This document shows positions 33,809 to 43,371 of a stretch of DNA of 44,936 nt, one piece after another. A program made the translations under genes and the position numbers. Position 1 is the first letter of the stretch. Each line of letters starts with the position of its first letter. The stretch is from Rhodovulum sp. Lineage in GTDB: Bacteria > Pseudomonadota > Alphaproteobacteria > Rhodobacterales > Rhodobacteraceae. The DNA lies in the NCBI GenBank assembly GCA_049975105.1, contig JBNGDM010000001.1:1-44936 (forward strand), given 5' to 3'. The notes beneath the pieces are model-generated. The model had not been told where the DNA came from. It saw only the letters and a list, made by a program, of their open reading frames with translations, and ran no database searches.

Positions 33809-36130
33809 CTACTCCCCAGATACCGCTCGTTTCGTGTCATGGTCTTCGCCTCGACCAGCCGTTTCGCCATCTTCTGGCACGGCTGGTACAGCCATGCCGG
33901 GTTGTGCGCCCTCGACCACCGGCAATCGGACCACTGCCATTGCGCCGCGATGGGCGCCGCGCCCGAATGGCTCGGCGTCGGTCAATTCCAGCGTGCCGCC
34001 ATGTTCCTCGATGATCTTCTTGACGATCGGCAGACCAAGCCCCGTACCGCTCTCACGCGTGGTCACATAGGGTTCGAAAAGTCGCGCCCGGTCCTCGGGA
34101 AGACCGATGCCGTTATCCGCAATCTCAATCACCCCGACTCCGTGCTCTTTGACAAGACGGATCCGTATCTCGGGGACAAAGTCCTTGGGCACACCCTTTT
34201 CGCGCAGCGATTCAATTGCTTCGCCTGCATTCTTTACAAGATTGGTCAAAGCCTGGCTGATCATCGTGGCGTCTAATTCGGCCGGCATCTCCTCCTCAGG
34301 GAGTGACGATACGAAGCGCACGTCGGGCTGACCGCTTTCCTGCAGCAACAGCGCGTCCTTAACCAAAGCGGCAAGATCCACCGGCTTACGTTCCGGTTCG
34401 GGCATGCGAGCAAATCTCGAGAACTCGTCAACGATCCGGCGCAGATCGCCGGTCTGACGGACGATCACGTCCGTATACTGGTCTAGGGTCTCGGCATCCT
34501 CGCCAAGTCTGCCACGAAACTTCCGCTTGATCCGTTCGGCTGACAATTGGATCGGCGTAAGCGGGTTCTTGATCTCGTGGGCGATACGGCGTGCCACATC
34601 GCCCCAGGCCGCCATACGTTGCGCCGTCACCAAGTCGGTGACGTCATCAAAGACGACCACATATCCCTCTCGCCGACCGTCCGCCCCAGGCCGCGTGGCC
34701 ATACGCACCAACAGGTTCTCCATCTTGCCCGACCGGATCAGACGGATTTCCTCTTGCGCGGTGGCGCGGTGCTCATGCCGCAGACGATTGAACAGCGCCG
34801 CAAATTCGGGAACCACGACTCTTAGTTCCTGCCTGTTGTCGCGCGCCTCGTCCATTTGCAGCAGGGACAGTGCCGAACGGTTCATGAATTCCACTCGCCC
34901 CTCTGCATCCACGCCCATCACGCCTGCAGTGACCGAGGAAAGAACAGAATCGAACAGCCGCCGCCGCCGTTCGGTTTGTCGATTATTCTCCAGAAGAGCG
35001 TCCCGCTGCCTCTTCAACTGCCGGGTCATTTGATTGAACATACGCCCCAGCATTGCAATTTCGTCGTCACCGGAGTCCTCTCGCACCTGTACGTCGAGAT
35101 CGCCCGCACCAACGCGCTGTGCCGCACCAGCCAGCCGGCCGACCGGACGCGATAATCTCTCTGCGAACCACATGCCCAGCCAGACTGCCGCTAATATAAG
35201 GATCACCGCGAAACCGAGATACAACAGTCCGAATTCGAACAGCATACGGCCACGCTCGTTCTCAAGTTGCTGATAGAGCCGCGAGGTCGCCTGCGTATCG
35301 TCCAGCAGACTCAGCAACTCGCCATCCACCTGGCGCGAGATATACAGATAGCGGTCCACATAGGCCTCGAGCGCAATTAGCGCCCGGAACTCGTTATTGT
35401 CCCAGTCCTCGATGATGACCGTGTCGCCGTCGCCAGCGCGGCTCAGGTCTACCTTACTGGGCTGTTCATAGTCGAACAGGTAGGATCGTTCGCCCCTTGC
35501 CTTAATCGCGCCGCTGCCATCGATGACGTAGGCCTCTTTCAGACCGCGCTGCACCTTGGCTTGAGCCTGGGTCAGCAATTGCCGCAACTCGCCATCAGAA
35601 AGAAAAAAGGTCGCCTGGCGCGCGATGTTGAGATACCCCGCCAGCGTCGCTGCATCGGCAGCCAGGTCGCGACGATGTTCATCTTCGTAGGCCTCGGCGG
35701 CGGAAAGCGATGCGCCGACCACGTTCCGGACGCGTTCCGAAAACCAGCCCTCCAGACCGATGTTGATCGTCAGCCCGGCAAAGACCGCAACCAGGACCGT
35801 GGGCACAAGCGCTATGGTCGCGAACACCCCGGTCAGGCGCAGATGCAGCCGAGATCCTGCCGAATGACTGCGACGGGCGGCGACCATACGCGCGATCTGG
35901 CGAAACACAAGTGCTGCCACCACGAGCGCATAGACCAAATCGGCCAGTAGAATCGCCCTTAAGCCGTGGGATGTCGCACCTTGGTCGAGCGGCCCAAGCA
36001 AAAGAAAAGTGCCTATTGCGAGTACCGGCCCCAACATTACCAATCCCAGCGTCGCCGCATTACGCGTGCGCCGTGATGGACGTTTACGAAACAACCAGTC
36101 GATGGCCATTCGGCCGGCGGCGCTGGCCAC
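33809..36130 (-). CDS. ntrY: Sensor histidine kinase NtrY
   Basis: TM segments, [33 protein letters not shown] and HATPase. Probable GTG start at 36130. Confidence 0.94.
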   Translation of the reverse strand: MASAAGRMAIDWLFRKRPSRRTRNAATLGLVMLGPVLAIGTFLLLGPLDQGATSHGLRAILLADLVYALVVAALVFRQIARMVAARRSHSAGSRLHLRLTGVFATIALVPTVLVAVFAGLTINIGLEGWFSERVRNVVGASLSAAEAYEDEHRRDLAADAATLAGYLNIARQATFFLSDGELRQLLTQAQAKVQRGLKEAYVIDGSGAIKARGERSYLFDYEQPSKVDLSRAGDGDTVIIEDWDNNEFRALIALEAYVDRYLYISRQVDGELLSLLDDTQATSRLYQQLENERGRMLFEFGLLYLGFAVILILAAVWLGMWFAERLSRPVGRLAGAAQRVGAGDLDVQVREDSGDDEIAMLGRMFNQMTRQLKRQRDALLENNRQTERRRRLFDSVLSSVTAGVMGVDAEGRVEFMNRSALSLLQMDEARDNRQELRVVVPEFAALFNRLRHEHRATAQEEIRLIRSGKMENLLVRMATRPGADGRREGYVVVFDDVTDLVTAQRMAAWGDVARRIAHEIKNPLTPIQLSAERIKRKFRGRLGEDAETLDQYTDVIVRQTGDLRRIVDEFSRFARMPEPERKPVDLAALVKDALLLQESGQPDVRFVSSLPEEEMPAELDATMISQALTNLVKNAGEAIESLREKGVPKDFVPEIRIRLVKEHGVGVIEIADNGIGLPEDRARLFEPYVTTRESGTGLGLPIVKKIIEEHGGTLELTDAEPFGRGAHRGAMAVVRLPVVEGAQPGMAVPAVPEDGETAGRGEDHDTKRAVSGE

Positions 36131-36224
36131 TGCGTGCCTCGTATCTTTATGCCGCGTTTGCAACGGCTTGATGTAATCCGGGCGCTGCATGCCTGAGGAT
36201 TGGACGCAACGCGCTGTTGCGAAA

Positions 36225-37595
36225 TTACATCAATTTGCGGCGACGAGTCACGCGAATATCAAGATCGGTTATCTTTTTTCTCAAAGTATTGCGGTTAATG
36301 CCCAATAGATCGGCACATTTGGCCTGGTTACCCCCTGTCGCGTCCAACGCAATCTCGATCAGCGGCAACTCCACTTCCCGCAGAATCCGTGCATAAAGAC
36401 CCGGAGGTGGAAGCACACCCCCGTGAAGGTCGAAATACCGGCGCAAGTGCTTGGCCACGGATGCGGACAACTTCTCGCCCTCCCCGCCACCGACCAACGG
36501 TTCGATCTCCGGCTGGTTTCCGAGGACCGCTTCGACCTCGGCCCGTGTGATCACCTCTTCGGGGCTGGTGACGACCAACCGGCGCACCGTGTGCTCCAGT
36601 TGCCGCACGTTCCCCGGCCAACTGTACGCACGGATCAAATCCATCGCTTCGGGCGCAATCGTTCTGCGCGCGGCTCCATCTCGTTCGGACCGGCCGAGGA
36701 AATGTTCCGCCAGAAGCGGGATGTCGTCCACGCGCTCGCGCAAGGACGGAACCGAGACAGTCACCCCTCCCAACCGATAGAACAGGTCCTGGCGGAACTG
36801 CCCTGCCTCCATCCGACCCATCAGGTCCGATTGGCTGGTTGCCATGACGCGCGGCGCTGAGTCGCCAAAACTGTCCAGCATGCGAACAATGCGCGCCTGC
36901 GCCTCTTCGTCGAGATCCGCCACCTCGTCGAACAGGATCGAGCCACCCTTCGCACGCGCCATCAGCGCAGAGGGGCCATCCACCCCTTCAAGGTCGCTTG
37001 CCGTGGCGATCACGAAAGGCAATGAGCGACGGTCGGAAAAGTCGTGGATCGCCCGAGCGATTAGCGATTTGCCGGTGCCGGATTCGCCCGTGATCAGCAC
37101 CGGCAGTTCGGCGTTCATCACCCGCGCCACGAGGCGGTACAGCGCTTGCATCTGCGGCGTCCGTCCGACGAGCGGCAGGTCGTCCTGTTCCCCGGGTAAA
37201 TCCACCGTTTCGTGCGTCGGGCGCACCCGCCGCTTGGTTTCCAACGCCCGCGCCGCACGCTTCATCAGGTCGGGCAGGTCGAATGGTTTCGGCAGGTAAT
37301 CGTAGGCCTCGGCCTCGGCCGCCTGGATCGCCGTCATTATGGTATTCTGAGCCGAGATAACGATCACCGGCAAACCTGGCCGTTCCTGTCCGATCTTTGG
37401 CAGCATCTCCAGCCCGTTGCCGTCGGGCATGATCACGTCCGAGATCACTAGGTCGCCCTTGCCCTCACCCACCCAGCGCATCAACGTGGTCAGCGATGAC
37501 GTCGCGTGTACTTTGCAACCAGCCCGCGTCAACGCCTGGGTCAGCACGGTGCGGATCGTGCGGTCGTCATCGGCGACAAGAACGGTTCCGTCCAT
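36225..37595 (-). CDS. ntrC: Nitrogen regulation response regulator NtrC (Rhodobacter-type, no GAFTGA loop)
   Basis: Receiver ([16 protein letters not shown]), [15 protein letters not shown] and HTH ([20 protein letters not shown]). Confidence 0.95.
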   Translation of the reverse strand: MDGTVLVADDDRTIRTVLTQALTRAGCKVHATSSLTTLMRWVGEGKGDLVISDVIMPDGNGLEMLPKIGQERPGLPVIVISAQNTIMTAIQAAEAEAYDYLPKPFDLPDLMKRAARALETKRRVRPTHETVDLPGEQDDLPLVGRTPQMQALYRLVARVMNAELPVLITGESGTGKSLIARAIHDFSDRRSLPFVIATASDLEGVDGPSALMARAKGGSILFDEVADLDEEAQARIVRMLDSFGDSAPRVMATSQSDLMGRMEAGQFRQDLFYRLGGVTVSVPSLRERVDDIPLLAEHFLGRSERDGAARRTIAPEAMDLIRAYSWPGNVRQLEHTVRRLVVTSPEEVITRAEVEAVLGNQPEIEPLVGGGEGEKLSASVAKHLRRYFDLHGGVLPPPGLYARILREVELPLIEIALDATGGNQAKCADLLGINRNTLRKKITDLDIRVTRRRKLM

Positions 37596-38674
37596 CAGGT
37601 CTCATCCTCTCGGGGTTTGGGGGCGACCGGCAGCGAGATACGAAACACGGTGCGCCCGGGCACCGAGTCGACCGCGATCCAGCCGCCGTGGTCGGAAATG
37701 ATCTTGGACACCAGCGCCAAGCCCAGTCCGGTGCCGTTTTCGCGCCCCGACACGAAGGGCTCGAACACATCGGCGGCGATATCGGGCCTAAGGCCAGGTC
37801 CGTCATCCACGATCTCGACCTGAAGTGGCACTGGCACGCCGGAACCGTCCGGGTGACGCAAACGTAACGACAGGTCGTAGAAGGTGCGCAGCCGGATCGT
37901 GCCCCCCGAAGGACCAGCGGCTTGGGCCGCATTACGGATTAGATTGCTGAAGACCTGCATCAACTGATCGGGATCAGCCCAGGTTGGCGGAAGCGAAGGA
38001 TCGTACTCTTCCTGAATCGCCATATTTGCGGCATAGCTGACCAGCGCGGATTTGCGCGCGCGGTCCAGGATGTCGTGAATATTTACCGCCCTGCAGTTTG
38101 GGGGGCTGAGATTGCCGAACTGCTCCACTTGGTCCAGCAGCTTCACGATCCGGCGGCTCTCCGCGACGATCAGGTCGGTCAATTCCAAGTCGCCGTTGTG
38201 CAGGTTCATCGAAAGAAGCTGCGCGGCTCCGGTGATGCCGGCCAGTGGGTTCTTGATTTCATGGGCCAGCATCTCGGCCATGCCGATCGCGGATTTCGCG
38301 GCCGTCTTTACCGAATGCGCCCGTCCCAACCGCCCGGCGATCTCGCGGGGGCTGACCAGTAGCAGCACATGGCCCGCCTGATCGTTCATCGGCGCGATTT
38401 GAATATTGCATTCCAGAGGCGCGCGCATCCCCGCACTCACGGCCACATCGTTGATGAACAGAGCGGCGTGGTTGCTGCGAACGCGGGAAAACGCGTCATC
38501 CAGGGCGGCATCGACGGCTAGTCTGTCAAAGACCGGCACCTCCCGCAGCGTCTTGATCGTGGCATTCATGAACAGTTCCGCCGCAGGGTTTATCGCGGCG
38601 ATCCTGTCTTCGGCGTCCAACAGGAACGCCGGGATCGGAAGCGCGGTCCAAATCGGGTCGCTGTCCAGAGTCAT
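37595..38674 (-). CDS. ntrB: Nitrogen regulation sensor kinase NtrB
   Basis: PAS domain, [20 protein letters not shown] and GTGLGL. Start at ATG 38674 overlapping the dusB stop. Confidence 0.95.
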   Translation of the reverse strand: MTLDSDPIWTALPIPAFLLDAEDRIAAINPAAELFMNATIKTLREVPVFDRLAVDAALDDAFSRVRSNHAALFINDVAVSAGMRAPLECNIQIAPMNDQAGHVLLLVSPREIAGRLGRAHSVKTAAKSAIGMAEMLAHEIKNPLAGITGAAQLLSMNLHNGDLELTDLIVAESRRIVKLLDQVEQFGNLSPPNCRAVNIHDILDRARKSALVSYAANMAIQEEYDPSLPPTWADPDQLMQVFSNLIRNAAQAAGPSGGTIRLRTFYDLSLRLRHPDGSGVPVPLQVEIVDDGPGLRPDIAADVFEPFVSGRENGTGLGLALVSKIISDHGGWIAVDSVPGRTVFRISLPVAPKPREDET

Positions 38675-39657
38675 GCCGCAACCCTTTCTGCAGGCCGATC
38701 CAATGCGTCCGACAAAAGCGCCAACACACGGGCTGGTTCGTGTTCCGTCAGCAGGGCGTGGCGAAGCACTTGCGGCGTTCCAGCCAAGTCCATGTACCAG
38801 CCCAAATGCTTGCGAATCACGCGTGCGCCGAGTTCGCACCCATAGAAGGAGAGCGCTGCCTCGTAATGGGTGGCCACCAAATTAACAAAGGCTTTTCCCT
38901 TGGGCACCTTAGGCGAGGCATGACCCGCCAACTTCGACGCGATCTCGGCCAGAAGCCAGGGCCGACCCTGAGCGCCCCGGCCGACCATCACGCCGTCGGC
39001 CTTCGAGTCCGCAAGGGCTGCCCGGGCGGACTCAGCATCCACGATATCGCCATTGGCGATCACGGGAACCGACACGGCATCCTTCACGGAACGGATCGCA
39101 TGCCAATCGGCAAGCCCCCTGTAAAACTGGCAACGCGTTCGTCCATGAATCGTGATCATCCGAACACCCGCCGCCTCGGCCCGCGCGGCGAGTTCGGGCG
39201 CATTGCGCATATCGTCATCCCAACCCAGCCGGGTCTTCAAAGTCACCGGCACCTTGACCGCGCGGACCACTGCCTCGATCAGCCGCAGCGCCCGATCCGG
39301 ATCCCGCATCAACGCCGCCCCCGAAAACCCGCCCGTCACTTTCTTGGCTGGGCAGCCCATGTTAATGTCGATAATCCGCGCACCCTGATCCTCGACCATT
39401 CGGGCCGCGCGTGCCATCCATTCGGGCTCGCACCCGGCAAGCTGCACCGCTGTCTGGCTATCGCGAAAACCCAGCGCCGCACGTTCGCGAACGCCCGGCT
39501 TGGCCTGCAACATCTCTTGGCTGGCAACCATTTCCGAAACCACCAATCCCGCTCCGAACGAGGACACGAGCCTGCGGAATGGCAAATCGGTAATGCCGGC
39601 CATTGGGGCCAGCAGGACGGGAGGATCTAGCGGGATATCTGCCACCTGAATGGACAA
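38671..39657 (-). CDS. dusB: tRNA-dihydrouridine synthase B (NifR3)
   Basis: LAPMAGITD, DINMGCP, IHGRTR, ANGDI and GVMVGRG motifs. Probable TTG start at 39657. Confidence 0.95.
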   Translation of the reverse strand: MSIQVADIPLDPPVLLAPMAGITDLPFRRLVSSFGAGLVVSEMVASQEMLQAKPGVRERAALGFRDSQTAVQLAGCEPEWMARAARMVEDQGARIIDINMGCPAKKVTGGFSGAALMRDPDRALRLIEAVVRAVKVPVTLKTRLGWDDDMRNAPELAARAEAAGVRMITIHGRTRCQFYRGLADWHAIRSVKDAVSVPVIANGDIVDAESARAALADSKADGVMVGRGAQGRPWLLAEIASKLAGHASPKVPKGKAFVNLVATHYEAALSFYGCELGARVIRKHLGWYMDLAGTPQVLRHALLTEHEPARVLALLSDALDRPAERVAA

Positions 39658-39658
39658 G

Positions 39659-39766
39659 TGATTAAACCTTGTGCAGCTGCGAGTGATGTATCTTCTCATT
39701 TACAGAATTACAATCTGAGGGCGGCGCCCGCGACGCTCGAAACAGCGTTTGCCCATTATTTGAGCG
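39659..39766. promoter_or_regulatory. Two putative NtrC sites in the dusB-ntrBC promoter
   Basis: TGATT-N7-GTGCA (39659-39675) and TGCCC-attattt-GAGCG (39750-39766) resemble the TGCAC-N7-GTGCA dyad. Confidence 0.45.
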
Positions 39767-39844
39767 CCCAATGCCGTCTTATTGCCCCATTGCCCCGCAG
39801 CGCGCCCCCGCCTAAAGAAACCGGGCACGAAGCGAGGGCGCATC

Positions 39845-40990
39845 ATGACCGTTACGGCGATCATCGTGGCCGCGGGACGCGGCACACGGGTGGGGGGCGA
39901 CCGACCCAAACAATATCAGCAGCTTGGCGGCCGTGCGGTGCTGGGCCACACACTTGCGGCCTTCTCCTGCCATCCCAAGGTCTTTGGGCTGGTAGTCGTA
40001 CTCCACCCTGAAGACGAGGATCTTTTCGCCGAGGCCATCGACGGCTTGGGGATTTCGGTGGTGACCGTCGCCGGCGGCGCCACGCGCGACACCTCGGTCC
40101 AGGCGGGGCTTGGCGCGGTTCCACCCGGCACCACCCGGGTGCTGATCCATGACGGCGCGCGGCCGTTAGTCTCTGCTGCGCTGGTCGACCGGGTGATCGA
40201 TGCACTGGAAACCAGTCCCGGTGCCGCCCCCGCCCTGCCCGTCACTGATGCGCTTTGGAAAGGCGCCGCCGGATTCGTTCTCGCGCCACACCCGCGCGAT
40301 GGCCTGTTCCGCGCCCAGACCCCGCAAGGTTTCCACCTCGATGCGATCCGCGCAGCACATGCAACCCATCCCGGAGGGGCGGCGGACGATGTCGAAGTGG
40401 CATTGGCCACAGGTCTTGACGTGGCCATCGTCGAGGGCGACGAGGACAATCTCAAGATCACGCACAGACAGGATTTCACCCGCGCCGAGCGGGTCTTGCG
40501 GGAGAGGGACATGGACATTCGCACTGGCAACGGATTCGACGTGCACGCATTCTGCGAGGGAGACGGAGTGATCCTTTGTGGCGTGAAGGTGCCCCATGAC
40601 AAGGCATTGAAGGGCCACTCCGATGCCGACGTCGGGATGCACGCGATCACCGACGCGATCTATGGGGCTTTGGCCGAGGGCGATATCGGCCAGCACTTTC
40701 CGCCATCGGACCCGCAGTGGAAGGGCGCTGCCTCGGACATCTTCCTGAAACATGCCGTCAGGCGCGTCGCCGCGCGCGGCTACCTGATCGCAAACGTAGA
40801 CCTCACGCTGATCTGCGAGCGGCCAAAGATCGGCCCGGTCGCGGGCGCCATGAGAGAACAGATGACCTGCCTGATGGGTATCGACTTGGACCGGATGAGC
40901 GTCAAGGCCACGACCTCGGAACAACTGGGCTTCACCGGTCGCGAAGAGGGCATCGCGGCGCTTGCCTCCGTGACACTGGTGCGTCCGTGA
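39845..40990 (+). CDS. ispDF: Bifunctional IspD/IspF
   Basis: AAGRGTR, HDGARP, QTPQGF and KIT (IspD); [20 protein letters not shown] and [11 protein letters not shown] (IspF). Confidence 0.96.
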   Translation: MTVTAIIVAAGRGTRVGGDRPKQYQQLGGRAVLGHTLAAFSCHPKVFGLVVVLHPEDEDLFAEAIDGLGISVVTVAGGATRDTSVQAGLGAVPPGTTRVLIHDGARPLVSAALVDRVIDALETSPGAAPALPVTDALWKGAAGFVLAPHPRDGLFRAQTPQGFHLDAIRAAHATHPGGAADDVEVALATGLDVAIVEGDEDNLKITHRQDFTRAERVLRERDMDIRTGNGFDVHAFCEGDGVILCGVKVPHDKALKGHSDADVGMHAITDAIYGALAEGDIGQHFPPSDPQWKGAASDIFLKHAVRRVAARGYLIANVDLTLICERPKIGPVAGAMREQMTCLMGIDLDRMSVKATTSEQLGFTGREEGIAALASVTLVRP

Positions 40991-41481
40991 CCCCGGCGCG
41001 CCTTGTCGCGACCTGGTTCGGCGTCGGCTACCTACGGCCCGCCTCGGGGACTTGGGGCTCGCTGGCGGCGCTCCCGATCTTCTGGGCGCTGCACGTCCTG
41101 GGTGGGCCGGTACTAACCGCGCTGGCCTTCGTTGCGGTTACGCTGGTGGGCTGGTGGGCGATCGCTCAGGACTCTTATGGCCAGAGTGACCCCGACCAAA
41201 GCGAGTATGTGATCGACGAGGTTTCGGGCATGTGGTTGGCCCTGATGCCTGTGTCGTACGGAGCGTCCTTTGCAGGGGTTGACGTATTAGCGCTCTATCC
41301 CGGTTGGATCGTGGCATTTTTCGGGTTTCGGCTGTTCGATATCTGGAAACCAGGCCCGATTGGTTGGGCCGACCGCAAGAAAACGCCGCTAGGGGTAATG
41401 CTGGACGACGTGTTGGCAGGGATCGCCACAGGAATCATGGTGATTGCGTTGGCCGCGTTCTGGCATATCTTTCTCATGTGA
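40987..41481 (+). CDS. pgpA: Phosphatidylglycerophosphatase A
   Basis: [24 protein letters not shown] and [10 protein letters not shown] motifs. GTG start overlaps the ispDF stop. Confidence 0.94.
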   Translation: MTPARLVATWFGVGYLRPASGTWGSLAALPIFWALHVLGGPVLTALAFVAVTLVGWWAIAQDSYGQSDPDQSEYVIDEVSGMWLALMPVSYGASFAGVDVLALYPGWIVAFFGFRLFDIWKPGPIGWADRKKTPLGVMLDDVLAGIATGIMVIALAAFWHIFLM

Positions 41482-41960
41482 CCACTCAAGCCGAAATCCT
41501 CGTCACGCTGGCCCGCGCGCACGGCGCCCGGATTGCCACTGCGGAAAGCTGTACCGGTGGCCTTGTGGCGGCCGCGATAACGGACGTGCCTGGCTCTTCC
41601 AGGATCTTCGATAGGGGTTTTGTAACCTATTCGAACGCCTCCAAGCAGGCGCTTCTGGGCGTCCGGGCCGACACCCTTTCAGCTCATGGAGCGGTTTCCG
41701 AACCCGTTGCGGCCGAAATGGCGACCGGGGCCCTAGCCCGGTCCGAGGCCGAACTCGCCATTGCTGTCACGGGCATCGCCGGCCCAGGCGGGTCAGAACA
41801 CAAACCCGAGGGACGGGTTTGTTTCGCCTTGGCTCAAAGTGGTGCGCAAGTGCACACCGAGACGGTCGAATTCGGTGCACTGGGCCGCGACAAGGTCCGC
41901 GCAGCAAGCCGTGATCACGCGCTTGCGCTTTTGATTTCGGCGGTCGACCGAGATTCCTGA
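41478..41960 (+). CDS. cinA: CinA C-terminal domain protein (NMN amidohydrolase, PncC-like)
   Basis: [20 protein letters not shown] and TGIAGPGG motifs. GTG start overlaps the pgpA stop. Confidence 0.92.
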   Translation: MTTQAEILVTLARAHGARIATAESCTGGLVAAAITDVPGSSRIFDRGFVTYSNASKQALLGVRADTLSAHGAVSEPVAAEMATGALARSEAELAIAVTGIAGPGGSEHKPEGRVCFALAQSGAQVHTETVEFGALGRDKVRAASRDHALALLISAVDRDS

Positions 41961-41981
41961 AGCGCTCCAATTTCCCTCAAC

Positions 41982-42004
41982 CAGCGGGAATACCGCTGAA
42001 TTTC
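41982..42004 (+). terminator. Possible terminator hairpin after cinA
   Basis: CAGCGG-gaata-CCGCTG followed by AATTTC; weak U-tract. Confidence 0.3.
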
Positions 42005-42020
42005 AAATCGCCGGAATAAC

Positions 42021-42037
42021 CGCCCAATCCGCGGGCA
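42021..42037. promoter_or_regulatory. Putative NtrC site upstream of the amt pseudogene
   Basis: CGCCC-aatccgc-GGGCA dyad about 85-100 nt upstream of the amt ATG. Confidence 0.45.
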
Positions 42038-42119
42038 CTGATTCGACGCTTTGCCGCCTTCTTTGCGCCCGCTGCCCTCTTCAACCGCCGCCAAACGGAG
42101 AAATAAAACGATCTAGGGG

Positions 42120-43371
42120 ATGAACGGGGCAGACACCGCCTGGATGTTGGTCGCAACGGCACTTGTTTGGTTCATGATGCTGACCAGTCTTGCACTCTTT
42201 TATGGCGGCGTGGTGCGCGCACGTAACGTGCTGAGCGTTTTCATGCACTGCTATTCAAGTGCCTGTCCGGTAAGCGTCCTTTGGCTGGTTTCAGGCTATA
42301 ACATCGACTTCGGCAGTGAAGGCCCGTTCTTGGGCGGCCTGACCAAAGCAATGCTGGCAAATGTGGGCGATGACAGTATTTAAGGCAGCATCCCGGAATG
42401 CCTGTTTGCCGCCTTCCAAATGACCTTTGCGATCAGCATGCCGGCTCTGATCGTAGGGGATTATTTGGAAAGGATCAGCTTTGGCTTCGTACTGCTCTTC
42501 TCGGATCTCTGTATGCTACTCTGCTATGCGCCAGTGACCCATTGGGTCCGGGGCGGCGGTTTCCTGGCAGATGGCGGGATCCTCGGCGAGACGGGCGTAC
42601 GCGATTTCGCGGGCGGAATTGTGGTTCACGAAACAGCGGGCTTGTCAGCACTGGTCCGGGCGGTGATGCTGGGCGCGAGACGCGACCACACGACGCCGCC
42701 ACACGCACCTGGCTACGTATTCATGAGGGCAGCGATGCTGTGGGTCGGCTGGTTTGGCTTCAATGGCGGCTCGCAACTTGCCGCGGATTCGGGCGCCGCC
42801 AAAGATCTGCTGGTGACGCATATCTCGGCGGCTACAGCGTCGCTGACCTGGGCGCTTTGGGAAGAGATCAAGTATGGCATGCCCTCGCTGGTCGGCATCG
42901 CGTGACAGGCACCATCGCAGGGTTAGCCTCGATCGCCCCCGCCAGCGGTGTCAATCGGCATTGAATCGTGACCCCTTATCGGCGCCCAAAATTGACCCCC
43001 TTGGATTTGAGCTGGCCCGGCGCTGCGTAGTCCCCATGTAATGCAGCAGCGGCGGGCCAGATGGGGTGCATTACCAGGAAGCGGTGAACCTAATCCGCAA
43101 CAAACTCAAAATCGATGACATGCTGGACGTCTTCGCCGGCCATGGCGTCGGGGGCGTTTTTAGCACGATCATGATCACAGTCTTCGGCGCTGGGTCTTGG
43201 CTCGCACAAGCCGGGAGCCTAGTGGTCGTTGGTGCGCTCACATTGGTTGTCGCACTCGGTCTGGCCAAGCTCGTGGCGCTGGTTACACCCATGGGCGTCG
43301 ACGTCGAGTCCGAGACCAATGGGCTCGCGCTGTCGGTGCACGGCGAACGTGCCTACGACATGGCGTCCTGA
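42120..43371 (+). pseudogene. amtB: Ammonium transporter (Amt family) pseudogene
   Basis: Amt motifs in successive fragments (LALFYGG.VR, FQMTFA, DFAGGIVVH, LWVGWFGFNGGS, IDD.LDVF..HGVGG, HGERAY). In-frame TAA at 42381-42383, frameshift near 42900, foreign insert from 42949 to about 43070. Confidence 0.92.
42949..43070. mobile_element. IS21-family terminal remnant (single end, no transposase)
   Basis: Starts TGTCAA, followed by two 23-nt imperfect repeats (ATCGGCATTGAATCGTGACCCCT and ATCGGCGCCCAAAATTGACCCCC, 24-bp period) typical of IS21 ends; then a 15-bp hairpin (43012-43026 with 43046-43060). Interrupts the amt reading frame. Confidence 0.75.

Noticed and set aside
42381-42383. amt TAA and frameshift as programmed recoding
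   Set aside because: Several independent lesions plus an IS remnant indicate decay; TAA is not a Sec/Pyl codon and no slippery site is present.
42954-43000. 24-bp-period repeats as a mini-CRISPR or iterons
   Set aside because: Only two imperfect adjacent copies, no spacers, no cas or rep gene; they match IS21 end architecture.
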